Source: Bifidobacterium sp. (GTDB lineage: Bacteria > Actinomycetota > Actinomycetes > Actinomycetales > Bifidobacteriaceae). Taken from it: a DNA stretch of 64,000 nt. Below the pieces are notes generated by a model. The model was not told the DNA's origin and ran no database searches. It was given only the letters and a program-made list of their open reading frames with translations. Within the stretch, counting starts at the first letter, position 1. The number at the start of each line of letters is the position of its first letter. The position numbers were made by a program, and so were the translations under genes. The stretch lies in the NCBI RefSeq assembly GCF_022647885.1, contig NZ_JALCLM010000001.1, forward strand, positions 1,656,610 through 1,720,609, written 5' to 3'. This document shows positions 40,787 to 50,396 of the stretch, in pieces.

Positions 40787-41728
40787 CTACTTCTCTCGTG
40801 TGAGATAACGCTGAATACCAGTTATCACAAGAATCAAGATAAAGAATACGAGTGTGATTGCAGACGCATAACCCATCTCTTGCTGTTGGAAACCCGAGCG
40901 AACCGCCTCGAATACTACGGTTGTTGTTGAATCTCTTGGGCCGCCTTGGGTCATGACGCTGATCTGTGTAAACAATCCCATAGCTGCAATAGTGATGGTT
41001 ATCAGAATCATGTTGCGAGTGCTACGCAAACAGGGCCAAGTGACATGGGCAAATGATTTCCATCCCGTTGCTCCATCCAAAGCTGCGGCTTCATATAATT
41101 CACCAGGTATGGTTTGTAATCCCGACAGCCAGATCAACATATGTTGACCTACTGCCTGCCATATCGACATAACAATAATTGCCGCCAGAGCAACTCGTGA
41201 ATCGTTCAACCAGTCAACTGGGGTCCAGTGTCCAAACGTGACTTTTTCAAGTAAAACGTTGAGCATACCATTGTTTTGATATATGAACATCCACAGCAAC
41301 GACACCACAACCATTGAAGTGACTACTGGAAGAAAATATACAGTCCTAAAGAAGACTGAGCTACGTACCTTTTTATTAATGAGTATTGCTAGGAATAATC
41401 CCAAACCTGCTTGTAGAGGAACCACCACTAGGGAAAACACAATAACGTTGAGTAACGCCCGCCAGAAAGTCGGATCAGAAAATAAACGCTGAAAATTACT
41501 CAACCCCGTAAAACTCATCGCTTTTGTTGAGATAAGTTGTGCATCAGTAAAGGCGAGGCCAAAAGCCAACACCACTGGGATAACAATGAACACCAGCAGT
41601 AACAGCACCGCGGGAGTGAGCATAGCCCACCCCACACGGTTCTGCGAGCGTCCATCAAACGATGTTGAACCACGCTGTTTAGTGATTCCAGTCGTTGACG
41701 ATGACATAACATTTCCTCCTAAGCTCAC
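40787..41728 (-). CDS. Carbohydrate ABC transporter permease (MalF-like)
   Basis: GLQTIPGELYEAAALDGA; multiple TM segments. Confidence 0.92.
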   Translation of the reverse strand: MSLGGNVMSSSTTGITKQRGSTSFDGRSQNRVGWAMLTPAVLLLLVFIVIPVVLAFGLAFTDAQLISTKAMSFTGLSNFQRLFSDPTFWRALLNVIVFSLVVVPLQAGLGLFLAILINKKVRSSVFFRTVYFLPVVTSMVVVSLLWMFIYQNNGMLNVLLEKVTFGHWTPVDWLNDSRVALAAIIVMSIWQAVGQHMLIWLSGLQTIPGELYEAAALDGATGWKSFAHVTWPCLRSTRNMILITITIAAMGLFTQISVMTQGGPRDSTTTVVFEAVRSGFQQQEMGYASAITLVFFILILVITGIQRYLTREK

Positions 41729-43089
41729 TTAGAGCTTGACGACTGCTCAGTACTCTGGATGTTGGCATCAATGGCAGTCACCGCGGAGTTGAGAGTCTGT
41801 TTCACATCGGCACCGTTGATGATGTCTGAAATAGTTTTGTCGAATTCAGTTGAGATAAAGCTATACGAAGGTGTTTCAGGTCTCATCTTGACGTACTTCT
41901 TAGAGATTTCTGCCATAACTGCGAGGTCACCACCCTCCTTATATAAGTCGGATTGCGCCATGGCAGCTTCGCTGGCTGGGAGACTGGACCCAGCCATGCT
42001 CAGAATATATTTATCTTGCAAAGAAAAATTCATGTAGTCTTGGGCAGCTTCGGTATTGTTGCAACTCTTTGTAACAGCGACTTCCCAAGCACCTCCGGCA
42101 GTGACTGGCCCTTCCCCTAAGTCGGGTGGCGGCATGATGGCAATATCACTGATATCAATATTGTTGTCTTTCATGGTTCCGTACGTCCACTCGCCTGAAT
42201 ACAACAATCCAATTTTGTCGTTGACAAACTCGAGGCCTGTATCCGAAGCTCCTTTCACAGCCATATATTTATCTGTGACAAGCGAATGCATCCAGTTACC
42301 GAACTCAATGGCCTTCGAGCTATTCAGCACTCCCTGTGACGTTTTGTAGTTTTCGCGATTGATGAGGTCCCCACCAAAGGATTGCAAGAGCGGAGAAAAT
42401 GCATAGGAGTACCACTCCCCTCCTGAAGATGCCGTTCCCATATCCAACGGATAGTCCCATGCTGTTCCAGTAACCGGATTTTTCCCAGAGCTCTTCATTT
42501 TGCTCAATGCGTCCATCAACTCGGCTTTGTCCCAAGGCTGATCGAATGTAGCTTCTCTGATACCAAGCGATTTCAAAACAGATTTACGAGCAAACAAAGC
42601 TACAGTGTCATCCGTATATCCAACTCCATACGTAGCATCGTTCCACTTGCCAACAGCTGATTGAAGCAGTTCTTCAGATCGGCTGAGTAAATCTTTATTT
42701 GTTAAAGGCTGTATGACGCCTGCCGATGCCCAATACGGTATATTCGGCTGGTCAACATCCACTAGGCAAGGAAGTTTATTAGCAGATGATGCAGAAATTA
42801 CCGAATCGTTATATGAACTCTGCGGGAAAGCCTGAATTTTTACAGTTGCTTTCTTATCTGCAGAAGCGTTGTAATCTTTAACGATCTGTTTCACTGCGTT
42901 GAGTTGATCGTCAAATCCCGCTGTATGTGTCCACAACGTGATCTCATTACTATTTGCTTTAGCTGCTTCACGCTCAGCTTCTCCACAGCCAACAGTTCCC
43001 AGTACCGTTACGATTGCTGCCACAGATGCCAAACTCACTGTGACACCCCTTTTCAAGCGATTTCGCAACAAAGGAGATACAGATTTCAT
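41725..43089 (-). CDS. Carbohydrate ABC transporter solute-binding lipoprotein
   Basis: Lipobox-like TVGC after a hydrophobic leader; first gene of the permease-permease-GH32 operon. Confidence 0.88.
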   Translation of the reverse strand: MKSVSPLLRNRLKRGVTVSLASVAAIVTVLGTVGCGEAEREAAKANSNEITLWTHTAGFDDQLNAVKQIVKDYNASADKKATVKIQAFPQSSYNDSVISASSANKLPCLVDVDQPNIPYWASAGVIQPLTNKDLLSRSEELLQSAVGKWNDATYGVGYTDDTVALFARKSVLKSLGIREATFDQPWDKAELMDALSKMKSSGKNPVTGTAWDYPLDMGTASSGGEWYSYAFSPLLQSFGGDLINRENYKTSQGVLNSSKAIEFGNWMHSLVTDKYMAVKGASDTGLEFVNDKIGLLYSGEWTYGTMKDNNIDISDIAIMPPPDLGEGPVTAGGAWEVAVTKSCNNTEAAQDYMNFSLQDKYILSMAGSSLPASEAAMAQSDLYKEGGDLAVMAEISKKYVKMRPETPSYSFISTEFDKTISDIINGADVKQTLNSAVTAIDANIQSTEQSSSSK

Positions 43090-43128
43090 TGTCTTCCCAC
43101 TTTCACTTGGCGGGCAACACCACTATGT

Positions 43129-43170
43129 ATTGAACCCGTTCATTTTCAAAGTGTAATGAACGGGTTCAAT
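43129..43170. promoter_or_regulatory. Pair of LacI-type operator candidates arranged as a 16-bp inverted repeat
   Basis: ATTGAACCCGTTCATT / AATGAACGGGTTCAAT, 10-nt spacer. Each arm contains the near-palindrome TGAAC-NN-GTTCA; 40-80 bp upstream of the SBP start. Confidence 0.6.
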
Positions 43171-43384
43171 CTTGTCAATTTCATATTTTGGGACTCAAAA
43201 CGGAGCAACACCATAACTGCTAATCCCATAATGTGCAGCGATAAGCGGTACTACGAGTTAGACCGTCGGTGTGAATGATTACAACAAAGCCAAACTTCTC
43301 GCCCAGCTGCCACTGCCCCTAACATTGATGAGATTCATCTCATTCGAAGCGTTATAGCCAAGAGATAGCGTAAACAACTTAGGA

Positions 43385-44437
43385 TTATCTAGTGGTCAGA
43401 CCTTGCATAAAACTCACAGGAACAAGTTCAGTACCTACATCAGGATTGTTCACATTGTTTTGCTCGGGTGCATGTTCTGATTCAATCTCTTTGAGCACTC
43501 TATCGACGGTACGCTTAGCAATCTGATCAAAATCTTGAACAACTGCAGTAATATCCATTCCAGCGGCACGAAGTATAGAACTGCCGTCGTATGCGATAAT
43601 TTGCAAATCTTGCGGCACACGCATGCCCGCAGCCAATGCCCTACGTAGGCAAACAGCCGCCTCCGTATCAGGAGCAACAATGGCATCAACATCTGGAAAT
43701 TGCTCAAATATTGCGTCTGCTGCGGTGTCAAGATCTCCGTTGTGAGACATATCTGTAAAAACGGTTGTTTCCACAGCTATGTCATGTTCTGTGAGGAGCC
43801 GAATAAGCTCAACATGGTGCGCTAGTGAGGGGAAAGAGGCTATGCGACTCATCCCCGATTGCAAGTCTTCTAAATCGTGTAACTGGTCTGCAGAGGCTCC
43901 AACTTGAACGACATGAGTGGCACCCGATTTGATGAGTGCATTAGCTACAAAGCGTCCACCTTGTACATGGTCTGACCCAATATTTGGAATCGCTCCCCCG
44001 AGGTTTCTGTCCACAGCAACAATGGGTCTACCAATGGACTCCCAATACGAACTTGGATGAATCGTGTGGGCACACATAATAATGCAATCCATCATATGTC
44101 TGCGAAGCATCTCGACATACTCTTGCTCACCCCTTTGCTGGGTATTGGTAGAGCACAACATCACCCGCAGGCCATGTTGAGAAAGATGATTTTCTAAATG
44201 CTCCACCAGCTCGGCAAAGAAAGGATGAGCAATTGTCGGCACAATAACGCCTACTAAATCAGTACGATTCCTGAAAAGATTACGCGCTAACTCATTAGGA
44301 ACGTACCCTAATTCCTTCATAGCTCGTTCAACCTTCGAGCGAATCTCGTCTGAAACCCAGACAGAATTATTTAATACCGAAGAAACGGTTCCAACTGAAA
44401 CTCCCGCAGATTTTGCAACATCGCGCACACCGACCAT
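43385..44437 (-). CDS. LacI family transcriptional regulator
   Basis: VRDVAKSAGVSVGTVSSVLN, LGYVPNELARNL, LQIIAYDG. Confidence 0.93.
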   Translation of the reverse strand: MVGVRDVAKSAGVSVGTVSSVLNNSVWVSDEIRSKVERAMKELGYVPNELARNLFRNRTDLVGVIVPTIAHPFFAELVEHLENHLSQHGLRVMLCSTNTQQRGEQEYVEMLRRHMMDCIIMCAHTIHPSSYWESIGRPIVAVDRNLGGAIPNIGSDHVQGGRFVANALIKSGATHVVQVGASADQLHDLEDLQSGMSRIASFPSLAHHVELIRLLTEHDIAVETTVFTDMSHNGDLDTAADAIFEQFPDVDAIVAPDTEAAVCLRRALAAGMRVPQDLQIIAYDGSSILRAAGMDITAVVQDFDQIAKRTVDRVLKEIESEHAPEQNNVNNPDVGTELVPVSFMQGLTTR

Positions 44438-44657
44438 CTATGCCTCTTCCGCCATACTTTGCAGCATAAGATTACACGTATGCCAAAGATCCAAGTTCTT
44501 GAGCGATAATATAGCATTATTGCACTATGCAACTTGCTGATCGCTGATTACCCTAAGGCGACTGTCGGCTCTGTATGCTGTTACGCTACAAAATCTGCTG
44601 AAGAATCAAGCCAATCAATCCCTGACCGAAGTCAGATTGTAATTCCATGCCTAACGA

Positions 44658-45287
44658 TCACACAGTACCTGTAACAGTACGCCCCGATGCGAATCTTCCT
44701 AATGCACCGGTCCGAGCAATACCCAGATACAAAAGCCACATTAAAGCACCGGAAATTAGTGCACCAGAAATGCAATTAGCAATGATATTCGTCAAAGCAA
44801 AGCCTCCGGTAATATGCACACCAGCGTAGGTAGTCAAGAAGGAAAACACCGACCCTGCAAGTCCCGTGAGTACCCCAGCAAAAATAGCAGACCAGATATT
44901 CCAACGCTTATACAGCAATATAAGAAAGGCCAGTTCAGTAAAGGCTCCTTGCACCAGCCCTGCGACGATTGTGCCGCTGAATCCCCACTGATTCCCCAGC
45001 AACATCTCTAAAACAGCTGCCACGAGTTCGGTGTATAGCGCAGCTCCGGGTTTGCGAATAATCAACGCTGCAATTACACCGGCGAAATACCAGAATCCGC
45101 TCAGAATACCTTCCAGACCGGGAAGCACTCCCGACAGCAGAGCCGACGGTGCGGTAACCACCAAATCGAAAACCCAAAACACTAATCCAGATGCAACTGC
45201 AATAACTGATGCGATGGTGATATCAATTGGCCTCCAGTGATAATCAGGCTTGTTCAGCGTCGTAGTGACGTGTTGTTGTGCAGACAT
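44658..45287 (-). CDS. ykoE: ECF transporter S component, YkoE family (thiamine/HMP)
   Basis: WRPIDITIASVIAVASGLVFW, LIIRKPGAALYTELVAA, GLVQG...EL; preceded by a TPP riboswitch. Confidence 0.85.
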   Translation of the reverse strand: MSAQQHVTTTLNKPDYHWRPIDITIASVIAVASGLVFWVFDLVVTAPSALLSGVLPGLEGILSGFWYFAGVIAALIIRKPGAALYTELVAAVLEMLLGNQWGFSGTIVAGLVQGAFTELAFLILLYKRWNIWSAIFAGVLTGLAGSVFSFLTTYAGVHITGGFALTNIIANCISGALISGALMWLLYLGIARTGALGRFASGRTVTGTV

Positions 45288-45369
45288 TGCTCTCCTCAGA
45301 TAGGTGCTCTACGCCTATGTCAAAGCGCAGGGCGGGATATCACGAGAAAGAGGAATACCAAGATAGGCA

Positions 45370-45458
45370 TTGACTTCGTTCGACGATACTAGCCGTGTCA
45401 CGTTCAACGGTCGGAGACTTGTCGTCTCCCTCTCAGCTTTCCAGCTCCCGTGTCTTGC
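45370..45458 (-). ncRNA. TPP riboswitch aptamer
   Basis: Minus strand ACACGGGAGC...GCUGAGA...GACCGUUGAACGUGACACGGCUAGUAUCGUCGAACGAAGUC. GCUGAGA junction and P2 (ACGG/CCGU) present; P4/P5 changes are compensatory. Anti-SD UUCCUC lies in the leader. Confidence 0.8.
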
Positions 45459-45547
45459 AGAACATAAGCTAAAACAAACGCTGGACAGCTCTGTGTTAAT
45501 CCTCACTTTCGAGAACTGTGAACATGGTTTGGGCCATAATGGTACCT

Positions 45548-46933
45548 ATGAGCATTTGCAGGGGTTTTGCAGTCCTAGATTTCGAGACCACAGGATTAAG
45601 TGCTGCAAGAGGAGATCGTGCTATTGAAGTTGGGATTGTTCACGTTGCTCCTGACGGCACGCTTGAAGATGAGACAGAAACTTTGATTCATGTGCAACGT
45701 GATCTTGGATTACAAGCTTTGCATCACATCAATGCTGCTGAATTGATGGAAGCTCCTGAATTCTCAGGCATCGCCAGACATTTAGGAAGTCTACTGAAAC
45801 ATAGAGTATTCGTTGCACATAATGCCGCGTTTGATTCGTCATTCCTCCGCCAAGAATATGCCAGGCTCGGTTATGACATCCCTGTTGACGATTCCAATAC
45901 TATTTGCACGCTGAAACTGGCCCGAAAAATTCTAGGAGTCGGTGGATTGGCAAAGTGTTGCGCACTGTGTGGCATTGACAATGCCGATGCCCACAGCGCT
46001 TTGAGTGATGCTCATGCCACGGCAGAGCTGTTAAATATATTTATGGCAGAAGACCCTCATTGGCTCGGTTGGTCATCCATGATGAGTGGAGCCGCAGCAC
46101 ATGATTGGCCTGAGATTCTTGAAAAAAAGCAGCAGTGGGTTCCGAGAATAAGCCATCTCAGATCTCCACCGCCAACTAGTGAATCATTCTCCATACATAA
46201 TCAATCACCAACTCATGCCCCGCGTAGCCTCAGCGAATATAATCTCTGTGAGCTACTGGCTCAACAACATCCCACAACAACGATATTCCCTGACGACGCG
46301 AATAATGAAGCTGAGTATATGAATCTGCTCAACGCTTCGCTAATCAACGCGCAGCTATCGGTACATGACAAATTCGCTCTTGTTGAGCTAGCACATCATT
46401 TAGAGCTCTCCCTTAACCACTGTAAGAACTTACACGAAGAGTACTTTCAATCGAGAGCTCAAGCCATATGGGAAGAAGGCGTACCTAAGAAATCTGAACG
46501 TCAGACGCTCACCTCTATCGGGAACGTTTTGTCAATCTCTCAAGACATCATTAACCAAGCCATTGCAGACAGCGGAACCAACCAGCCAATTACCAAAGTA
46601 ACCATTCATCCTACGCACCGCCCACATGTGTTGCCCTCATATCAACAATTCACGCTTGTGCAAGGAGATTATTTGGCGTTGACAGGAAGTATGCGCAGGA
46701 AGCGTAGTGAATGGGAAGAGATGTTGCGCGCGATTGGATTAACACCTCAAGCCGCAGTCACCAAGAAAACTCATGTATTAGTTGCTGCCGATCCTGATTC
46801 TGAATCAACGAAAGCACGCAAAGCACGGTCATATCATATTCCTATTGTTGATGAGCAATGGCTGGAAGATGCGATTAGCAATGGTATCGATATTTCTGCG
46901 CAGATACATACATACGATTATCAGAATATGTAA
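45548..46933 (+). CDS. DEDDh 3'-5' exonuclease (DnaQ-like) with C-terminal BRCT domain
   Basis: VLDFETTG, VAHNAAFD, HSALSDA; C-terminal LALTGSM...VTKKTHVLVAAD...KARKARSYHIPIVDEQW. Confidence 0.85.
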   Translation: MSICRGFAVLDFETTGLSAARGDRAIEVGIVHVAPDGTLEDETETLIHVQRDLGLQALHHINAAELMEAPEFSGIARHLGSLLKHRVFVAHNAAFDSSFLRQEYARLGYDIPVDDSNTICTLKLARKILGVGGLAKCCALCGIDNADAHSALSDAHATAELLNIFMAEDPHWLGWSSMMSGAAAHDWPEILEKKQQWVPRISHLRSPPPTSESFSIHNQSPTHAPRSLSEYNLCELLAQQHPTTTIFPDDANNEAEYMNLLNASLINAQLSVHDKFALVELAHHLELSLNHCKNLHEEYFQSRAQAIWEEGVPKKSERQTLTSIGNVLSISQDIINQAIADSGTNQPITKVTIHPTHRPHVLPSYQQFTLVQGDYLALTGSMRRKRSEWEEMLRAIGLTPQAAVTKKTHVLVAADPDSESTKARKARSYHIPIVDEQWLEDAISNGIDISAQIHTYDYQNM

Positions 46934-47018
46934 ACAGCTCTGCGTCATACCAGTATGCTGGTAACGGAATCAATCAATGGCACCGCGGTGCCACACAGGA
47001 AAGCGAATCATCAATCTT

Positions 47019-47324
47019 ATGGCACTGAGCAAAAAGCAGATTAAGCAGCTGCGTGCGTTAGCAAATCATTTGAACCCACTCATCATTGTTGGCAAGCATG
47101 ATTTGTCAGATGCTGCTTATCAACAGGCTGATGAAACGCTGGAAAAACACGAACTGGTCAAATGCTCAGTACTAGATGGTTCCGGTCTAACTTCCAAAGA
47201 AGCCGCAACACAGCTGGCAAGCCGTCTCAATGCCGAAGTAGTCCAAGTGATCGGCAATAGATGCGTTATCTATCGTGAGACTCACGATGAACAGGTCACA
47301 AAAATCAAGCTGGTGCGCGAATAG
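47019..47324 (+). CDS. yhbY: YhbY family RNA-binding protein
   Basis: LSKKQIKQLRALANHLNPLIIVGK, HELVKCSV, VVQVIGNRCVIYR. Confidence 0.9.
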   Translation: MALSKKQIKQLRALANHLNPLIIVGKHDLSDAAYQQADETLEKHELVKCSVLDGSGLTSKEAATQLASRLNAEVVQVIGNRCVIYRETHDEQVTKIKLVRE

Positions 47325-47423
47325 AAACGTATTTTCTGTAGCATAAACAACGATGTTTGTGGTGCAGAAAATACACCCACTACTGCTGGCATCGGCTCTC
47401 CGGATAACCGGCAAGAGATGCTA

Positions 47424-48485
47424 CTAAAACATTCGTATTATGATAACCCCTGTCAGCAGTACTGCCACACCAATCATCTGCAGTGCCGTCACTCTGCGTT
47501 TGTGAGCGCGCAACAGTCCAAACTGATCGACCGCTAAACCACCGCAAATCTGTCCGAGTAGCACTATTACCACGGTAAGACCTGTGCCAAGAACAGGTGC
47601 TAGGTAGGAATTACCGAAAACAAATGCAGCACCCAGTAAGCCACCTACCCAGAACCACAAGGGGCTACTTACTAATGCTGATACGCGTTGAGACAACGAC
47701 AACACACCTGAGTCCTTATTTTCTGCTGATGCAGATGCAGATGCTGATGCTCTTGAACCGTGAGATGCCGCATGGCTGCGAGCGCCCGAGAAGCTCTCCT
47801 GAGCGATGACAATAAGTACTAATAGCAGTAGTCCTATAGCAAAAGAAATAAACGCCGCATGTGTAGCAGATCCCAGTTCGCTGCCTAAATGTCCATTAAT
47901 TGCTGTCTGCCCTGCGCTGAGAGCACCAAGCAGTATGCCAATGCACTGCCACAGTGGACGTCCTGAAACATGAGTAGATCGAGTTGAAGATTCGGCGCGA
48001 CTTCTGGCTGAATATATATCAGGTATCACTACCGCTAAGACAATTCCAACGACAGCAAGCACTATTCCGAATGCACGCATCATGGTCATATGATGTACCG
48101 GCAGACCAAACCAGCCACCCATATCAATAGCATTGCTGGCGATTATTTGCCCCAATATAGGCATCACCACTGTTTGTACCGCACCCAGTTTTGGAAACAT
48201 CAGAATATTACCGGTAAGGAATACCACTCCTAAAACCCCACCAAGCCAAATCCACCAAGGCTCTGATTCTACGAAGCCGGCAGGCAGACCAGCATCTCCC
48301 TCGCCAAGAGCAACGATGATCCACAAGGCTGCAGTTCCAACCGCAAAGGAAACTAGAGATGCTTTAAACGGGGAACGTAACAAGGACCGTAGTTGAGAAT
48401 TGATTGCTGTCTGCATTGGTAAGCCGAAACCAATTGCCACACCCAGAATCATAGGTACCAGCGTCACCACAAAAGCTGAAGACAT
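47424..48485 (-). CDS. DMT family transporter (two YdcZ/DUF606-like repeats)
   Basis: Duplicated QTAINSQL / QTAINGHL, WIWLGGVLG / WFWVGGLLG, GQI..D.FG motifs. Confidence 0.85.
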   Translation of the reverse strand: MSSAFVVTLVPMILGVAIGFGLPMQTAINSQLRSLLRSPFKASLVSFAVGTAALWIIVALGEGDAGLPAGFVESEPWWIWLGGVLGVVFLTGNILMFPKLGAVQTVVMPILGQIIASNAIDMGGWFGLPVHHMTMMRAFGIVLAVVGIVLAVVIPDIYSARSRAESSTRSTHVSGRPLWQCIGILLGALSAGQTAINGHLGSELGSATHAAFISFAIGLLLLVLIVIAQESFSGARSHAASHGSRASASASASAENKDSGVLSLSQRVSALVSSPLWFWVGGLLGAAFVFGNSYLAPVLGTGLTVVIVLLGQICGGLAVDQFGLLRAHKRRVTALQMIGVAVLLTGVIIIRMF

Positions 48486-48620
48486 TATGCAGCATCCTCC
48501 CCCATCTGTAACACATGATCCAATGAATAGTGCAATGGACTCATATATTGTTTCACTACCAATAGCTTGACGTTGCAAAACGAAGTCAGTTTCTTCATCC
48601 CATTCAAGATCTCTGGTGCA

Positions 48621-50219
48621 TTACTGCATACTACTCACTGCTGGATATAGTTTGCAGAAACGTTCATACGCACGGTCATAAACTTGCACGTTCTGTGTGT
48701 CAACTTCAACCATCACGCTATGCGTTTGAGCACGCAATGATTGCATCATACGGTCAATACTCGCATCGGATAACAGCTCAACCGTCTGAACCTCATTGTG
48801 CTGTCGGTGCGACCACAGCACAATATAAGCCAAAGCCACCGCGGGCATAGTTTCGGCATTATCAAACACTTCAATACGATGACCTAATACGTCTGCAATA
48901 ATTTGACACCAGACGCGTTCACGGGCACCTCCCCCAATTAATGTGATTTCATCAGCTACACTTTCAAAGCGCTCCATACCTTGCCGGAGCGAAAATGCCA
49001 CGCCTTCAAGACATGCTCTGGCAAGATCTGATGCATTGCTTTCCATCCCTATGCCTACAAACGCTCCTCTAATATCTGCATTCATCACGGGAAAGCGTTC
49101 ACCTACGAAATACGGTAAGCACAGCACCCCGTGACTACCTGGCTCGCTATCCGCTAGCAGATGCGACATCCTCTTGTACTCTTGTTGCGTTGCTCTATTC
49201 GACGAGTTATGTGGAGATTGAACTGCAGCGGCGAATACCCGTGTTGCCCATCCGTGTATTCCGCCTGCATTGAGAAAAGGAACACCGTTAATAAAGCCAC
49301 TTGGAGTGGTACACGCCAGATTCGCTACACCAGGTTGATCTGTTATTGCTTCATTTGAAATACCTGCAATCCAACCTGAGGTACCAATATTAATGTTGTA
49401 TTGTCCAGATCGTGCAACACCGCTCGCCAAAGTAGTTGCTCCAGCATCGCCAATTCCTGCATATACCGGCGTTCCTGATATAAACGCACTACTCAGCGCA
49501 ACTTCCTGACTAACGTTGCCAACAACATCTGACGGCACATGCAAGTGTGGAAATAAGGCTATATCGATACCAGCTGTGGCTATCAGGGAATCTTCCCACG
49601 CTCGAGTGTGGATATTCATCGCGCCAACAGTAGAACAAGCGGTAACATCACCCACAAACTTGCCGGTCAAGCGACTAATAATATAATCTTTGGCATCAAA
49701 TAATACATGCGCGATATTCGAGTAAATCTCTGCTTCATGCTGCTGTATCCACATGAGTTTCGGTAATGGCAATGAACCTTCACAACGATTGCCAACAATG
49801 TCAAGAAAGCGTTGTGAGCCGTATCGTTCTTCAAGAGTGGCTGCTTCATGAGCAGCGCGACCATCGGAATACAACATTGCCTGGCGCAACGGTTTACCTT
49901 GAGCATCTAGAACAATCACATCTTGCATCTGACCGCTCAAAATGATACCTACCACCTCTTGAGCGCTCACATGAGAACCAGCTTCGTGTAACACTGTTCG
50001 CCATGCCTCAAGAAAACAGCGCCACCAGTCGTCCGGGTTCTGCTCGTGATGCCCCATCTCATGATCAGCGGCCGGCAAGGTCACACTCACGGATGACACC
50101 ACGCCATCAATCTGTGCAGATAACGGTTCGCGCTTATATGTGGTTACATCTACATCCAACGACACCAATACCGCTTTAACCGCCGTAGTCCCCACATCAA
50201 AAGTTGCTATATAAGCCAT
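48621..50219 (-). CDS. FGGY family carbohydrate kinase (xylulokinase-like)
   Basis: FDVGTTAVKA, SGQMQD, LYSDGRA, GIGDAGA, NIGTSGW, LPYFVGER, LEGVAF, LIGGGAR. Confidence 0.9.
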   Translation of the reverse strand: MAYIATFDVGTTAVKAVLVSLDVDVTTYKREPLSAQIDGVVSSVSVTLPAADHEMGHHEQNPDDWWRCFLEAWRTVLHEAGSHVSAQEVVGIILSGQMQDVIVLDAQGKPLRQAMLYSDGRAAHEAATLEERYGSQRFLDIVGNRCEGSLPLPKLMWIQQHEAEIYSNIAHVLFDAKDYIISRLTGKFVGDVTACSTVGAMNIHTRAWEDSLIATAGIDIALFPHLHVPSDVVGNVSQEVALSSAFISGTPVYAGIGDAGATTLASGVARSGQYNINIGTSGWIAGISNEAITDQPGVANLACTTPSGFINGVPFLNAGGIHGWATRVFAAAVQSPHNSSNRATQQEYKRMSHLLADSEPGSHGVLCLPYFVGERFPVMNADIRGAFVGIGMESNASDLARACLEGVAFSLRQGMERFESVADEITLIGGGARERVWCQIIADVLGHRIEVFDNAETMPAVALAYIVLWSHRQHNEVQTVELLSDASIDRMMQSLRAQTHSVMVEVDTQNVQVYDRAYERFCKLYPAVSSMQ

Positions 50220-50396
50220 GATGTCATTCTAGTATTGGCCTGTTATCACAAGTATTCTCGCTACAGAGAGCCGCCACAATGGTCTAATCTGAGCATCTCT
50301 GCCCGTGCCAACGACACCAAACGATAGTGGAATGGCGCTTGTTTGCTGGATAAGGACTAATTCTGATTGTTGGTATCACCACCACCGGCGACATTA

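Noticed and set aside
47724-47750. GATGCA hexamer repeats in the DMT gene
   Set aside because: In-frame Ala-Ser linker between the two DMT halves; short, imperfect and no frameshift potential.
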